This document shows positions 31,487 through 32,000 of a stretch of DNA of 32,000 nucleotides, in pieces; position 1 is the stretch's first letter; each line of letters starts with the position of its first letter. Source of the stretch: Nitrosospira multiformis ATCC 25196 (GTDB taxonomy: Bacteria > Pseudomonadota > Gammaproteobacteria > Burkholderiales > Nitrosomonadaceae); contig NC_007614.1 in the NCBI RefSeq assembly GCF_000196355.1, positions 450,001-482,000 of the forward strand, read 5' to 3'. The notes under the pieces are model-generated. The model was not told the DNA's origin and did not search any database. It was given only the letters and a program-made list of their open reading frames with translations. The translations under genes and the position numbers were made by a program.

Positions 31487-32000
31487 TTATACAGATGCGG
31501 ACAACTTGCTTCCGTCGGCTCCGGCCATGCCAAAACGAAAACCAAGGGCATCCCACTGTTCAATTTCGCCAAGCAACGCGTTATATGTCAAGGGATTGCC
31601 TTCCAGCCACTTTCTTTCAAGATATAAACTGAATTCCTTGCCTCGAAGGCTGACCTCGAGCCTCGGAAGTGCCGTCTCACAGCGGCTGCGATGAAACAAT
31701 GCCGCGAGGCGAAGCGCAAACAGCAGGGCGAAATCAGCCCGCTCTATCATGTTTCCACGCGCTTTGCCGATATCGCCCCGGTGGGCGAGCACAAGCATGC
31801 TTAAGCGCTCCTGCTCCCTTTGGGAAAAACCCGGCATATCGGCATTACCCAGGATATATGCAGAATGCTTGTGGTAACCGGAGTGGGCGACCGAAATACC
31901 TACTTCATGCAGCCGGGCAGCCCATGAGAGAACTTGCAGATGTTCTTCTCCCTCACAGGGAAAGGCCGCCAGCAACTGTTCTCCGAGCAAAAGTGCAGTC
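31487..32000 (-). CDS. ppx: exopolyphosphatase / guanosine pentaphosphate phosphohydrolase (Ppx/GppA), C-terminal part; the 5' end lies beyond the window
   Basis: The frame stays open to base 32000 (the listed Met at 31990 is an internal TTG). An HD-like C-terminal domain is present: …LSWAARLHEVGISVAHSGYHKHSAYILGNADMPGFSQREQERLSMLVLAHRG…. The stop is TAA at 31489-31487, 18 nt before corA. Confidence 0.85.
   Translation of the reverse strand, partial: TALLLGEQLLAAFPCEGEEHLQVLSWAARLHEVGISVAHSGYHKHSAYILGNADMPGFSQREQERLSMLVLAHRGDIGKARGNMIERADFALLFALRLAALFHRSRCETALPRLEVSLRGKEFSLYLERKWLEGNPLTYNALLGEIEQWDALGFRFGMAGADGSKLSASV

Noticed and set aside
30974-31627. 217-aa plus-strand ORF spanning the corA 5' half and the ppx 3' end
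   Set aside because: It is antisense to two genes with unmistakable family signatures (GMN motif; Ppx/GppA C-terminal domain), and it crosses their intergenic gap. Shadow ORF.
1-32000. CRISPR arrays, tRNA/rRNA genes, integrase/att sites, and RfaH ops (GGCGGTAG) / JUMPstart elements
   Set aside because: By eye I found no regularly spaced direct repeats and no tRNA-like cloverleaf-forming conserved boxes. No integrase-like ORF is present in the six-frame track, and the ops core does not occur in the intergenic regions I read. A proper scan (tRNAscan-SE, Infernal, a CRISPR finder, exact-match search on both strands) would be needed to be definitive.

Overview
About 0.5-30.3 kb of this window is one surface-glycan biosynthesis island (LPS, capsule or protein-glycosylation type) from a moderate-GC, probably proteobacterial genome. 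A partial unassigned gene lies at the left edge. Housekeeping corA and a partial ppx/gppA lie at the right edge. I recognised no rRNA, tRNA, CRISPR array or prophage genes. The island is unusually rich in 2-keto-3-deoxy sugar acid (ulosonic/nonulosonic acid) chemistry. (1) A SAF-less NeuB-family synthase is translationally coupled to a NeuA-like::KdsC-type HAD phosphatase fusion whose cytidylyltransferase signatures look degenerate. (2) A divergent operon encodes a canonical CMP-nonulosonate synthetase, a Gfo/Idh/MocA oxidoreductase and an SDR. (3) A Kdo-hydroxylase (KdoO)-like gene is present. (4) A tightly coupled six-gene operon pairs a KdsB-like cytidylyltransferase with an HpcH/HpaI aldolase, a 2-hydroxyacid dehydrogenase, an epimerase/dehydratase, a HAD hydrolase and a LicC-like nucleotidyltransferase. 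Around these lie two diverged paralogue pairs: an uncharacterised ~440-aa GT-B-like family in inverted orientation, and membrane-anchored sugar-transfer-associated ATP-grasp ligases in direct orientation. Also present are a dual-HKD phospholipase-D-family protein, a GT2::GT-B fusion, a second GT2, a Wzy_C/O-antigen-ligase-family protein and a GtrA-like::GT39 (ArnT/PMT-type) transferase. An apparently intact IS5-family (IS427-like) element with a programmed -1 frameshift site has inserted at a CTAG into the 3' end of the GT39 gene. It orphans an in-frame 38-codon tail that can be rejoined by eye. All functional calls come from motif recognition in the supplied translations, with no database search. 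Substrate-level proposals are inference.
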